Below the pieces are notes generated by a model that searched no databases, was not told the origin of the DNA, and saw only the letters and a program-made list of their open reading frames with translations. Positions 12,050 through 24,700 of a stretch of DNA of 64,000 nt are shown one piece after another (position 1 is the stretch's first letter; each line of letters begins with the position of its first letter). Location: NCBI RefSeq assembly GCF_021028975.2, contig NC_059436.1, positions 2,852,001-2,916,000 of the forward strand, written 5' to 3'. Source of the DNA: Sphaerodactylus townsendi. Lineage: Eukaryota. Made by a program: the position numbers and the translations under genes.

Positions 12050-12560
12050 TCAAGAAATTAGAGACCACCAGTAAATTATTTTTAGGGACACACAGAAACG
12101 CTCTCTTCCTCGCCAACAAGTTCCTCCTCTGTATGCTCAACCTGCTGGATTTTCCTAGAGCTCGCATTTAAGAGGGGAACGGATTACAAGCATTACGGAA
12201 CAATGTGATATTAACACGCCCTTCCACATCAAACAATTGCCCCGTACATGATAAGCTCTTTTGATGGCATTTGGAACTGTTTCCCTTGCTGCTGCCAAAA
12301 ACAACGGAGATCGTTCTAGTGGAACAATTAAGTGCCATTAGTACTGGATGTATTCAGTAATAATTAGAATGAAGGGGATCACTTGAATGTTGGAGAGCTC
12401 AGGTCTGAAAGAAAAGTGTGCCGATCAGTAGAGAAGCTTTTTTTAAAAAACAAAAGCAAACGCTGTCATTTGAAAGACGAATGGCAAGCACATTGCTTAG
12501 TCCAAGCTTAGAGCCCAAGCTGCAATTTCATTAAATGAAGGAGCAAAGGGAGTTCTGAAG
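12050..12560. promoter_or_regulatory. Candidate conserved non-coding element
   Basis: Repeat-free with about a dozen CpGs and clustered SOX (aacaat), TCF-like (tttgatg), GATA (gataag) and TAATTA motifs. Confidence 0.35.
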
Positions 12561-13597
12561 ACAAAATACAGCCTCCAAGAAGTACAGAGCTTTGGGGTAT
12601 ATTTAATGAAGAGTCGCACAACCTAGCAGGGTTCTTCCCATACTGCAACTGCTCAAGGCATTTTCCCCTTCCCTTGACTTTAGCGGAATATTGTCTTACA
12701 CCCAAAAATGTTTCCTGACAGTGTGGAAAGGGCAGCCTCCTTTGAGGCTGAGTAACTCTGCCGCATCTCTGCATCAGGAAAGGTCCAATGATCTAATTGC
12801 ACCGGATACAGAAAGATGACACAATCACACACTTCTGGGACTTTTTAAAGGGAAGGAGGCCAAGCCAGAGCAGGGAATCATGCAGAGCTGCAGCAGAAAA
12901 CCTCCTGCAAAAGCAGGTCATTCTGTTCACACTCTGTATCTAGAGCTTGAATTATCCAGTCACATATGATATGGAGATGTTGCATAACTTCTCATCCCCG
13001 GGGATAACTGGAGGGAGGCAAACCTGAAGCAGTTAATCATAAGAGTTGCAGCAAGAACCCTTTTTGTGTGGTGAGTTCCTGGGGATCGTGGGGACCTTTA
13101 GTTATCCATTTGATATCGCAAACCAGTGTGCCCCGGCAAACATTTTGGGAATTGCTGACCTAATTTTTCAGTTCTCTTTGCCCTTGAATTCTCTGACATT
13201 TCTCTGCCCTCCCTGAACAACCAAGGATGGTCTTTATCAGAGTGCAGACTGGCTTTAAAAAATGAAGAGAAAAAAACTCAATGCACCTATGTAAGTGTTG
13301 AGACACTGGCAGTCATCTCACTTAGTAAACTGTTTGGCAGGTTCATAGTAGAACTGAAACAAATATTCACAGATACTCAAAGTTTTCTCAATTTTACAGT
13401 ATTGATGCTGACTTCTTGAAAAATCTCAGTACTGAAAGTCAAATGCTTTGAATCAGCCGGCCTCTTATCATTGTGCTGGCTGGAATCATTCATGAAATCC
13501 TCATGTGCTGTCAACTGTTAAACACCATCAAATGCTAAACACTGCTACATGTCAACTGTACAATACTATCTCTCTTACCTTTATTAAGCTGGGCAAA

Positions 13598-13802
13598 AGC
13601 CCTGGCTAGCTCAATCTCATCTGATCTCGGAAGCTAAGCAGGGTTGGCCTTGACTAGTATTTGGATAGGAGACATTCAAGGAATACCAGGGTTGTGACAG
13701 GGGGTCAAGCAACAGCAAACCACTTCTGAACATCTCTTGCCTTTAAACCGCTATGGGGTTGCCGTATGTCAGCTGTGGCTCTACAGCACTTTCCACCACC
13801 AA
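13598..13802 (+). mobile_element. 5S rRNA-derived SINE with Sauria/BovB-type tail
   Basis: 'atctcatctgatctcggaagctaagcagggttggccttgactagtatttggataggagac...ggaatacc' closely follows 5S rRNA. Tail is 'ggggttgccgtatgtcagctgtggctctacagcactttccaccacc'. Confidence 0.85.
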
Positions 13803-15167
13803 CTGAGAAGCAGGTAGACCTGTGATCAGACCCCTCTAGCAGCCCTTAAAGAGACCTCATTCAGATCAGGGAGGTGGTGCAAAGAGAAGAAGTGATTTAA
13901 CTCTTTAACTCCAGATGGTCCCAAAAGGGTATGAATTCTACTTTATGCAGCATTCCTTCTTTCAATGCTAACATCAGCATGGCATTCCTAAATAGTTTTG
14001 AGCATGCCCACCCCATGCAGATCAAAGAAATCTGGACGAATCTGACCACACTAGTCTGTAATGTAGATACTTGCAAACCTAGAAGAAAACTTTGGTTTGA
14101 AAAAATGTCCTTTCCCCCCTCTGATTTACAGCACTTTTAAACATTGGAGAGACAATAATAATGTTTTCTTATGGTCCTCAATTCATTATCCTTTAGATAT
14201 CAAAGACAGATGACTGGGCCAAATTTGAAAGCCAGCATGGTGGAGGGGTTGGGGACATAAAGGTAAAATGGATTGAGTTGACCCAGTTTCAAATCCTCCT
14301 CCAGTCATGAAAGCCCTCTGGATGACATTAGGTCAATCATTGTCTCTTCCTCCCATCACACTCCACAGGGCATACTCCACAGGGCATACTCCCTTTCGGC
14401 AACTGACAGGAGCTTTTGGGAGGTAGTAATCTGCATCCCTGCATGATGACATCACTTCCAGCACTTCTCCCAAAGCTCTATAGTTTCACAGTTTTGGGGA
14501 GAGTGCAAAGGTGTAGCTCCAAGGGGATTGTGCGCCCCTGTGAAGGTGTGGCAGGGGCGTTCCACAGCGGGACAGGGCAGGACGGGGAGGAGGATGCACC
14601 AGTGCACTGGTTGCTTTTCCCCCTTGCTACGCCTCTGGGAGAGTGATAGAGCATCTCCCTGGAGTAATGCTTGTGCTTGCACATTGTGCTGGAAGTGAAA
14701 TCATTGTGTGAGGATGTGGATTGATTCCCTCATTTTTCAGCCTGCCTGCTTCTGCCCCCAGCTGAGTGTTGGTGGGCAAAAGTATTGCCCACCAATTGGC
14801 ATTGGCGATTGCCTGCTATTAGTAGGACATTGGTGGTGGGGGAGTGATCAGGTGTGAGAAAGCTGTGACTAATCCAAGGTCACTCCACAGACTTCATGGG
14901 TAGGAGTGGGGAAGCAAACCCAGTTCTCCAGATCAGAGTCCACTGCTGTTAACCACTATACCTCATTGGCTTACCACATGGCCATTCACAGGGTTAGCAC
15001 TTAAATCGGGTTGCCAAATTTTATTTCAACAATTCTAAGGTATGTGTAGAACAAGGGAAGGAGAGTGGATGCTACAGCATCACACACATGTGACTTGTAA
15101 GCTTACATGAAGCACTTGCAATTTAGTGCCCCAGTGAACAGGCAGGGGCCATAACACTGTGTGCTCA

Positions 15168-15668
15168 GGCCCTTTCCACACAGCAAATTTACACCAGGTT
15201 GCAGCCAGGATAAACGAACCTGGCATAGCCCCAGGTGGTTCACATGGCCAGCTGTCCTGTGAACAGCCAGCACATCAGCCAGGGCATGCACTTTTGCACA
15301 AAGGCACTTAAAAAACTTTTTAAAAACTTACCTCCTCAATGTACAGCTATGCAGGCTGGCACACATGCCCCCCAAGAGCCTTGCTGGAGCCAACAATGCA
15401 TGCTTAGCTCTGCAGATGGGATCTGGGATGCACACACACAAAAAAGCGCAGCCACATAACGTCCCTCACATCTGCAGCCGTTTGCTCAGCTGTGGCTGTG
15501 AGGCGCATTAAAACAAAAGAATCACAGAAATCATGATTCTTGTAAAACCCAGGTTGGTGGGAGAAGAGCGGGCTTCCTTCAGGAGCAGGATCCATGTGAA
15601 GTCCCCCCCCCCAACCCCGGTTTTATCCCACCATTAACCTGGGTTTATTAGCCTGTGCGGAAAGGGTC
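15168..15668. mobile_element. PIF/Harbinger-like non-autonomous element
   Basis: TIRs ggccctttccacacag / ctgtgcggaaagggtc and 3-bp TSD TCA (15165-15167, 15669-15671). Confidence 0.8.
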
Positions 15669-15944
15669 TCAGCAAAAATGCTTCTGCTCACTTCATTCCC
15701 TCTATGCGGAGTTTAGTAAACTGGCTCAGAGATCCATTTTCTTTTTTTAAAAAGTCAGTGCATTGCTGTGTTCTTCTGATCAAGTGGCAAATGGAGCACT
15801 GAAGCACAGAGCTGGTCCTAAATTCCGTGTATTGGTGCCGAGGCTAAAGTACTTAAGACCCAAAGACAGAATCTCTCATTCAAACCCACCATGCACCTGG
15901 TGCACAAAACTAACCTTGGACACACTTGTATTATGGTTGCTAAC

Positions 15945-16515
15945 CTCCCCTCCCCTTTCCTCTCCTCCCTTGCATGCCACCCCTCCCTCCCTTCCCTTGC
16001 ATGTCACCCCTCCACCCTCCCCCTCCCTCCACTAGGGCGGGTGGGCCAGATGCTGGGCCCCCTCCCCTTCCTTCCCCTCCCTTGCATGCCACCCCTCCTA
16101 CCCCTCCCTCTGCCAGCGTGGGTGGGTGGGCCAGCTCTTGATGCTGGGCCAGGTCCAGATGCTGGGTCCCCTCCCTCCCCTCCCTTGCATGCCATTCCTC
16201 CCCTCCCCTCCCTCTGCTAGGGAGGGAGGGAGGGTGGGCCAGATCCAGATGCCAGGCCCCCTCCCCTCCCTTGCATGCCACCACTCCCCTCCCCTCCCTC
16301 TACTAGGGTGGGTGGACCATGTCCAGAGGGTGGGCCCCCCCTCCCTTCCCCTCCCCTCCCTTCCCTTCCATGCCACCCCTTTCCCTTCCCCTTCCCCTTC
16401 CCCTTCCTTTGCTAGGGTGGGTGGGTCATGCCCAGAGGGTGGGTCATGCCCAGATGCTGGCCTCCCTCCCTCCCTCCCTCCCTCCCTCCCTCCCTCCCTT
16501 GCATGCCACCCCTCA
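15945..16515. repeat. C-rich minisatellite (~65-80 bp degenerate unit) inside a MITE
   Basis: Repeated 'ccttgcatgccacccctccc...ctagggtgggtgggccagatccagatgctgggccccctccc' units, flanked by the termini of the tagggttgcca MITE family. Confidence 0.9.
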
Positions 16516-17464
16516 CTCACTCCTCTTGAGTTCTCCTGAATAACAATTGATCTCCAGGTGATAGTGATCAGTGCTTCTGGGAGGTGTGGCAATATTGGAG
16601 GGAGGACCCTATGGCATCACATCGTTGCAGAGTTCACTCCCCTCCCTAAACTCCACCCTCCCCAGGCAATGTCTCCAAATCACTGGGAATTTCCCAAGCT
16701 GGAATTAGTAACCCTAATCTTAACACTCTTTTTCATTAAGAGCTTTGAAAACCTGCCACACGCTCACAGTCTGAAGTCATTCCCTTTAACCCACAGGTGT
16801 TCTCTTTTGACCACACTAGTCAGCTCTGTGGTTCAAGCTCACATTACAAGGCCTGAAGAGCGACCAGCCTGCTTTGTCCAGCTCCAGATCTACATTTCTT
16901 GTATGTGCTTTCCTTCCTCCACCATTATTTTATTAATGCAAGGCTTGGCTTTACGGAAAACTAATAAGTGCTACAGATATTGTATTTCACATTCCAGATT
17001 CTTCAAATTCCCAGAACAGAGTAATTCCAGATTCAGCTTGGTAGATAGGCCCATGTTGCAGAAGTAAAGAACTACTCACTAGGGTTGTTTGCAAAAAATG
17101 AAATGCAAGATACAAATCTACAGCTGTCTGTGCACAATTAATCTCAGTCTCTGGCCTTTTTTAAAAAGTATCTAGTCCTCATGGCTAGGTTTTAAAAATG
17201 CCTGTACTGACCTCGGAACCAAGTCGAGTGGCTGAATAGTTTCCTACGGTCAAGGGGTGTTGCTTTAATGGTCAGTAGACATTTTTTATCTCCTCCACCT
17301 TGGATAATGGAAGCATATGATTTCTAAACTAGCAAACATTGGCAAAAAGTATACAGCTCAAAGATACCATATTTTCTTGACACCAAATGTGGATTCACTT
17401 TGCAGACAATTTTTACTTGATTTGTAATGTGATGAGAATAAAAATGTGCTTTCTTGACCTTGAA

Positions 17465-17578
17465 ACAGGGTTGATAGTTGGCTGGGAAACCACCAAGGAG
17501 AACTCTGCAGAGGAAGGCATTGACAAACCACCCCTGCTTCTCACTTGGTTTGGAAATTCCTTGCTGGGGTCACTGTAC
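17465..17578 (+). mobile_element. Partial 5S/Sauria-type SINE
   Basis: 'ggctgggaaaccaccaaggagaactctgcagaggaaggcattgacaaaccacccctgc...gctggggtcac' matches the body of the copies at 4757 and 13598. Confidence 0.6.
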
Positions 17579-19451
17579 ATTATTTGTGAGTTGACCGCAT
17601 TTATATACATATCTGAGAACTGTGATAAAGAAGGATTATCTGTTTCTAAGATTATTAGCACATCGTCCTTCCTCTGGCCATCCATTCCTCTCTTTGGAAG
17701 GGTTTTGGGAAAATAGTATTTGAATACATATTTTACTTCACTCTTCAATGTATTTCAAATGTGCCTCTGGCTGGATGAACATGGCAGCCGTACACTGTTC
17801 CCTGGGGTAGTAAATGTAGGCTTGTTTGGAACAGGAGACATGAAACCCTGGCTTTTGTATGGAACTGTTGCTCCCCAGGTTACACAGCTTAAGGGCTTCT
17901 GTGCATCTCAGTTTAAAAGAGCTTAACTACATAGAGTTAGCAACCTTGCTAACCATAGTTAGTTGAATTAAACCTAGGTTTTGTGTTATGTCTCATCTGA
18001 GCCACTGTCTCTCAGTCTAACTTACCCAACTTGGTTCTTGTGGGGAAAAAACCAATGCAGGGGAAGAGAAGCACAAATACCACTCTCAGCATCTCAGCAT
18101 AATGGTGTGATAAAAATATAATGGCTAAATAAATCTAATCCTACATTTATTTTACCTGTTGGAACAATAAAAACCCTACATTCACATCCAGATGGAAAAG
18201 AGATCCATTTTGTTAGTCCCTTAACTGTTCTTCCATGTACTGTGCTCAAATATGTTCTCTCCTAACACAGGGTCTCTGGGTTTCCCCCTGTTTTATCACC
18301 GGGAACCTCAGATATGCACTGGACCCTACAAAATTTGGAACCCGTATCTAGTTAAGCTTCATGCACTTACAGTCATAAATCTAAAAGGTAAAAAAAGTTT
18401 TTTGGAGCAAAACTTTGGATCACATGCAACGCTTGCTGGATGTTTTCTTGGTTTATGTCATCCAGATGTTGGTGTTTTCAATAATTGAGAAGCAGCTAGA
18501 AGAACTAGACATCGAAGCAAACTAATGGCAGTAACAAGGGAATCACACTGTCATTAGGAAGTGCTTGTCGGGTGAGCGATTAGACTAAGGAGTCTGTGCC
18601 TTCATTGTCGGAGTGGGTTGAGGAATGAACATGTTTAGCCTGTTGAAACACATGGCTCATCAACTCAGAACTACCCCAGGATGTCCAGGAGAAGAAAAAG
18701 AACTAGATTTTGACCAGAATTGGACATGCTTTCTCTTCCCACTCACCAGGAGCAGATGGAGCATTTAAGCCAACGGGAAAAATCCTGGTGGGCCTCTACC
18801 CTGGAAGGCTGGTTGTTACTGATCTTCCCACTCACCCCACCTGCTCCATTCTCCCCATTCCACCACCACCACCCCCCCCATTCCCCCCTTCTGTGTGGGG
18901 CGCTTCAGATGTTGGCAGCCCTCCCTGGCACAGTTTTAGTTTTGGTTTTTGAGAACTCGAACTATATTATTTTTTGAGGTTCTACATGTCTTGTGTCCAT
19001 AAAGCATATGCCAGGAATTGAAACAGGTACCTTGAAGTGCAAGAAACAGTCATGGAAATCATACAAGAATGTTTTACTTGTTGCTATTAAGCTGCCCCCC
19101 ACATTAATTATGACAAGAGTGGGGATTTGAACCTGGTTCTCTCAGATCCTAGTCTGATATGCAACTCACTACATCATATTGGCTTTTTCTTTATATAAAC
19201 AAGGTATAAAAGATGAACATAGGAACTGACTTGAAGGATTAAAACAAAATTCCATCTAGTATCACATTTTATCTTCCCAGCAATTAGCAGTGCCGGGGGA
19301 TGGCAATTACAAGAAGCAGAGCATAAAGGCAGCAACAGTTTTCCATTGTATGTGCCCAGACTCTAATATTTATGGATATACTACCACTGTACTTGGAAGT
19401 TTCATTTAGTTAACACAGATAATAGAAGTTTCATTTAGTTAACACAGATAA

Positions 19452-19872
19452 CAGCCCAATTCAGGGAGGAGTTAAATCCCCCTCTGGAGGCAGTGTGCTG
19501 AGTGCAGGCTTATGCCAGTGGATTTGCCCTCCTGGGGCACTCACCCTGGGGAAGGGCAAATCCACCAGTGTCCTGCTGTAGTGCCCAGCTCTGTGTCGGG
19601 GCTCCTGCACTGCCCTGAGCCACATCAGCATGGCAGGGGGTATTTCTGAAGATGGAGACGATCATAATCGACTTCCACTGTCTTTTCAGCCCCTGTGCAC
19701 CAGTGCGGGAGCCCACAATTTTCATGGCATATCTCTGCTTTTCTCTAAGGGGGATTTAAAAGGTTCTCTCTTTTTAAAACTTTTTTGGACTTCCTTCACC
19801 GCAGGAAAGCCCTTTGGGGGTGGTGCTGGAGCTGTGCCATTTCTGCCCGTCCGACAGCTCTGGATTGGGCTG
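19452..19872. mobile_element. Non-autonomous TIR element (cagcccaat termini, TAA TSD) inserted in a CR1 3' remnant
   Basis: TIRs cagcccaattca / tggattgggctg, with TAA at 19449-19451 and 19873-19875. Flanks (~19210-19450, ~19876-19950) resemble a reverse CR1 3' end. Relatives lie at ~30768-31209 and ~39190-39480. Confidence 0.7.
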
Positions 19873-19979
19873 TAAACCCTTCATGATTTCTTTTCTAATT
19901 GTTTTTGAAAGTCTTCTAAGACTAAACATATTTTAGGGAACAAATTGCACTGGACCGTAGGTCTTACTTTTGTGTAAAA

Positions 19980-21720
19980 ATGCTTCTGTTTCGGAAAGTT
20001 CAACGTCATGCTGATGTCAAATTTTCCTAAATTGCCTTCACTGCGGGGGGAAGAAAAGGTACAGACTTGAGATTAAATGAACAATGTTTAAAATACAGCC
20101 CTATTATACTCTGCCCCCCTCCCCCCGGGTAGGACAGAACAGGAGTTTTCAAGAAGAGTTGTATTTATTAAAGGATTCTTAATATACATGATCCATTTTT
20201 TAAAAAAAAACCAGTCCGCAGCTGCATTGGGCATAAATCACTCCAGAATGCTACTTTGATAAATGTGGACAAAAGAAAAAAAATTGTCACCAACCTAATA
20301 TTACCATCAATGTTTTGTCTAGCTACATTCCTTCCAATTTAAAAACAGTTCAATACCTCTTTTACCTTCAAGTAGCAGCACTTAATAAACAGTGATGGAT
20401 GTTTTTTATTTCCACCCCCATCCCTCCCCCTTCGCCAATCTTCCTGTATTCCAGACTTCCCTATCTCTGTTACAAGGGGATTGTTTCGCTTGGGGGAAAT
20501 GTACATCTTCCATCCTTCTTACACTGACATGCATCCCTCAAGGAATGACGGCCATATTTAATTCATAATCCCCGTTGGCTACACAAACATACAACTTCCC
20601 ATCAATTAGGCAACACAGAGATGCTGTTAAAAATCAATGATCTTATTATTAAATATATTTTCTTTTCATGTAGCAATCAGAGTTATCGGTGTGGCTGCAA
20701 TGTCAGCGCTTTAAATTACTTTAAAGGGCACTGGATTGGCTGTATAAATAGGGAACCTTTCAAAAAAATCACATCGGCCGAACTCTCCAGTGCAGTAGTA
20801 CATGGCCCAAAGAGGGGCCCATTCTTTTTTAAATGTATTGTAGCATGGAAACACATGGTACCGAGGATAATACTTGAGCCCCACTTTGAGAATTAGCTGT
20901 GCTCTCCATATAAACCATCTGAGAGACACCGCAGACTTCATCGATTTACAATCTGTCCTGTGCAAATTTGTGTTTTTGTTGTGGCATGTTTATTAGGAAT
21001 TATTTGGATATTTTGACACATGCCACTAGGCTGAAAGCTCCTTGCCTACAAACAGAGATGTTAAATTGGTGCCGACTAATTCAAAGGTTAATTTAAGAAA
21101 CACACACATAAGAGTGAGATACACACAAACACCACACACTTTTTGGCAAGGGCCTCCTCCGCTGTCTGGCCACAGCTGATCTGAAGCAAGTCCCCTTTAA
21201 TTATGGGAGAAGGAGGAACAGGTTTGCTGCTAATTGGAAAATTCTGCAAATGGCACCACTGAAGTAAATTGACAGTCATTAGAATATTAGCGAAATGAGA
21301 AAACTGATTAGTAAAAAGCTCAGATGTGAACTCTTTAAAAAAAAGGACTTATCAAGCAAATTAAGAATAAAAACTGAATTTAATAGCAGTTGTGATTTTG
21401 TTCAGTAATATGGATTTTTTTTAATTTATTGGTTCTGTTTTTATCTGATCCATCCTCTTTTAAAGGCACCCATCAGGCACATATATTCCTGATTTAGTCT
21501 AGTACTGTATGGGGAAAGAAGAGACGATGTAATCCTTCCAATCATCTCCCTATTGAAATCCTGCTCCCCTCCATTGCCTTGGAATAGAAAAAAATGTGCA
21601 AGGATTAACATCCCCCCCACACCCCTCTCTGGACGGCTCCACTCTGAATCAAGATCATGCAATCTGAAATGTATTTTTCAAAAACTCTGCGACAATTCAG
21701 CACAGGATGAGGTAGGTTCA
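19980..21720. promoter_or_regulatory. Repeat-free island, candidate enhancer cluster
   Basis: About 1.7 kb with no recognisable TE. TGATNNAT motifs at 20233-20240 (minus), 20257-20264 and 20393-20400, TGACAG at 21270-21275, and many TAAT cores. Confidence 0.4.
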
Positions 21721-24700
21721 AAATTAACATTCCTTTAAAACTATAATGATTTGTTTATTATTTGAAGGTCTTTTTTCTGCAATCCTTCAAGGCAGCTGTC
21801 TGCAAGTCACTAAAAACTTTAAAACACAATGACTAACATCATCAACAATAAACAACATTCAGTAGTTCAAAAAAGTTCAAAGGAAAGCCAGTGGCAGAAA
21901 ATACAGAAGTGATGTTATCATATCAGGAGAAATGTGTTTGCCCAAAACTGTGTGGTTAAACCCTAGAATTTGGAGTGAATGCCAGAACATTTACCACACA
22001 TGATGACATCATTTATGGGTTGCACCAGAAGTGAGGTCACTGGTGAGGACTTCCGGCACAGTTGCCTGCTGGTTACTTTGACTTTAGCAGAAGGCTCAGC
22101 TCATCCTCACTGGCCCTGGACAGGATAATTTTACTTGGGCTGGCAGGGCAAAGTGGGGTGCTGAGGGGAAGACAGGCTCTTTGCTTCCTTCCTTAGCCAT
22201 ACTACATGGGTCAGGGCAGGTTGCTGTGTCTGACACACTGTGATTAGTATTTAGGAAAGGGGGAACTCAGTGGAGTGTGGTGCCATTCAGTTTGTGCCCA
22301 AAGTCATTTCCTCCAAGGGAACAGATCTCAGTTGTAACTCCTGGAAAATGCCTGGAGGTTGGCAACTCTACTTTGAGAGGCTCCCCTTCCTTTTGGGTTG
22401 TCAACCTCCATGTGAGGCTTGGAAATTTCCTGCAAATACAAATCATCTTCAGCTGTGGTGTAGTGCCAACAGGGCAGGGGCGCAACACCCCAGGTGATGC
22501 CACAGCGGGGACGTTGAGGGGGGCGTTCCGGGCCGGCCAGGGGTGGGCGGCACCACAGCAGGGGTGCAAGGTGTGCGTGCGCCCCGCGCATAGTTCCTTC
22601 TTGCTCTGCCTCTTCAGATCTTCAGACTACAGAGATCAGTTCCCAGGAGCAAACCACTGCTTTTGGAAGGTACACAGTATGGCATCTTACCCCACTGAAG
22701 TACCTTCTTTCCCCAGGTCCCACCCACAAATCTCTAAAAATTTCTCAACCCAGTGTTGGCAACTCTGCATCATAATTGATCCCAGCATTGTCACTCAAAC
22801 CATCATGGTTCACAGGAAGAATGCAGATCATCTGAAAGATTTCTCTGCTCCCTACAGAGGCTAAGATTTATAGCTACTGATAGGCATGAATTAAAGACAG
22901 AGGGAGGCCAAATCTCCGTTCAGTGGCCCATAGGTTTACTTTTAATAATGGGATTGTAGATCTCTTGCTTGAGTCAACGAATCTGTTCAATCAAATGCTT
23001 GATTTGGCCTTATTATTTAGTAGCTTATGTATTCATGTGCAATTTTATTAGCAACTTCCCATTCAAATTAATTTTTAAAGCAACAAAATAATTTTAAAAA
23101 CATTTATGAATTCCTATAAAATCCAAAATAAAGACACAAAACTAGAACCTTCCACTAGAAAGGATGACACTAATAATTTAATTGCCATGAGTCCAAAGAT
23201 CTTGCACATCAGAAAGCTTTCAAGGTTTTAACTTGAAAGAAAGCAAGATGCATTTTCTTAGCTGGAAATTCCAGGAGGTGGTTAGCTGTTAACACAGAAA
23301 AGACCCTAGCTTCACGTCCCCCACCATGTCCCAAAGACAGAGAAAGACCAAGGAAGGTTTGGACTTGTGTTTCTCAAATAGTCCTTTGATAATCAATGCC
23401 ATCTAGCAAATTTCTTGTGCAAAGCAGAAAAATTTCGAAAGCAGACTGTGAAATTACATGGGGCTTTGCCCATCAAAAGGATTAAGGATTTTTGTAAAGA
23501 GCAAAATGCACTAGGAATGCCAAAACAGTTCCACAGTTCTTGCTCATTTATTTACACACACAGGATTGGATCCAACTCTAGTTTAAATGAGCAAAAGGTT
23601 GCTTCTGCCAGAGAGCAATTTTTGCCAGTTTCCCCTGCCCTTGTTACTGAATTTCTGTTCCTGAAGTCTCCCCCAATTTACCAGAGTGTTTTAGGGAGCA
23701 AAGGTCCATTCTGTCAAAAGGCCTGTTTTCATCCAGAGAAATGTAATAAATATGCAACAATTAAGTAGATATACAAACATGTATTTTTCTTGTTTCTTTT
23801 CATTTTCATCCACAGTCAGAAAGGTCATTTTGATCCCACTTATTTTCTTTGGCAAATGTTTTTATTTCATTTTACATTATTTTAGGGCAGTTCACACAAA
23901 AGCAAACATCGAATTTTAACAGCAATATTTCTATCTAATTCTACGAATGAAGTCAGTGGGGAAAGGATTATCGCAGATTTGTCCTGAGTGTGAACAAACC
24001 ACATAAGAAATGCGAACTTCCGAACTGAACCAGAGTTGTCACACGTATTTCACGGGCACTGGTCTTGCATAGCTTTGAAAATATTTGTCATACTGTAGAA
24101 AAGGGAACTCGATTATTCTGCCTCCCATTTTCCTTCAGACTCAGTCAGAAAACAGTATCTATTAAAGTAAATGCTAATAGGCACTACACATGTTCCAGAG
24201 AAGTTTCCTTCATTCAAGGTGGGTTTTTTTGCTTCTTCAAGCAGTTCTTTTGGAGCACGTCAGAGCTCTTGACCTGCTGCCTTTGAACCCCCCAGGGCCA
24301 AACTTGGCTTCAGATGTTAAAACATACAGCAGAGAGAGAGAGTTGCCCCACACTTTTGCCATCCATCAACACTTCCAGGTATTTGTACTCATTACTTTAC
24401 GGCAATTAAGAGCCAGGGAAATGCTGACATGAAGAGAGAGTGAGGGAGTTATTTTAATGACATGCATGTTGGAAATATTTCTCGGAGACTTTGTGAGGAG
24501 CCTGTTCTACCTCATTCCACCTTTTCCTATTTTACAAATTAATGGCTCTTAGTTCTGGACCTTTGTTTTTTTGGTTACATCCCCACCTTTCGTCTGTCTC
24601 CCATTCAGATGCCGACCAGTTTCACTTCAACAAGCTGGCTCTAAACTACCTTTAGACAATACCCCAGGACTAGACTGGAGGTAACTGTTGTGCTCCTAGA

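Noticed and set aside
13598-13700. Functional 5S rRNA gene
   Set aside because: It lacks the 5S 5' end, carries many substitutions, has no oligo-T terminator and continues into a SINE body; not in a tandem array.
15945-16515. CRISPR-like repeat-spacer array
   Set aside because: Units are degenerate and the intervening parts are low-complexity and similar to each other. There are no cas genes and the context is vertebrate.
15763-16592. Overlapping Pro/Gly-rich ORFs on both strands
   Set aside because: Produced by the stop-poor C-rich minisatellite.
20731-20755. Core promoter (reverse CCAAT plus TATA)
   Set aside because: The two motifs are only a few bp apart, which is atypical spacing, and no downstream gene structure is visible. 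Kept only as part of the enhancer candidate.
22277-22864. Longest ORF (195 aa) with a CpG-rich centre
   Set aside because: It runs through a MITE copy (~22300-22765) and a nested GC-rich insert, so it is not a gene or a CpG-island promoter.
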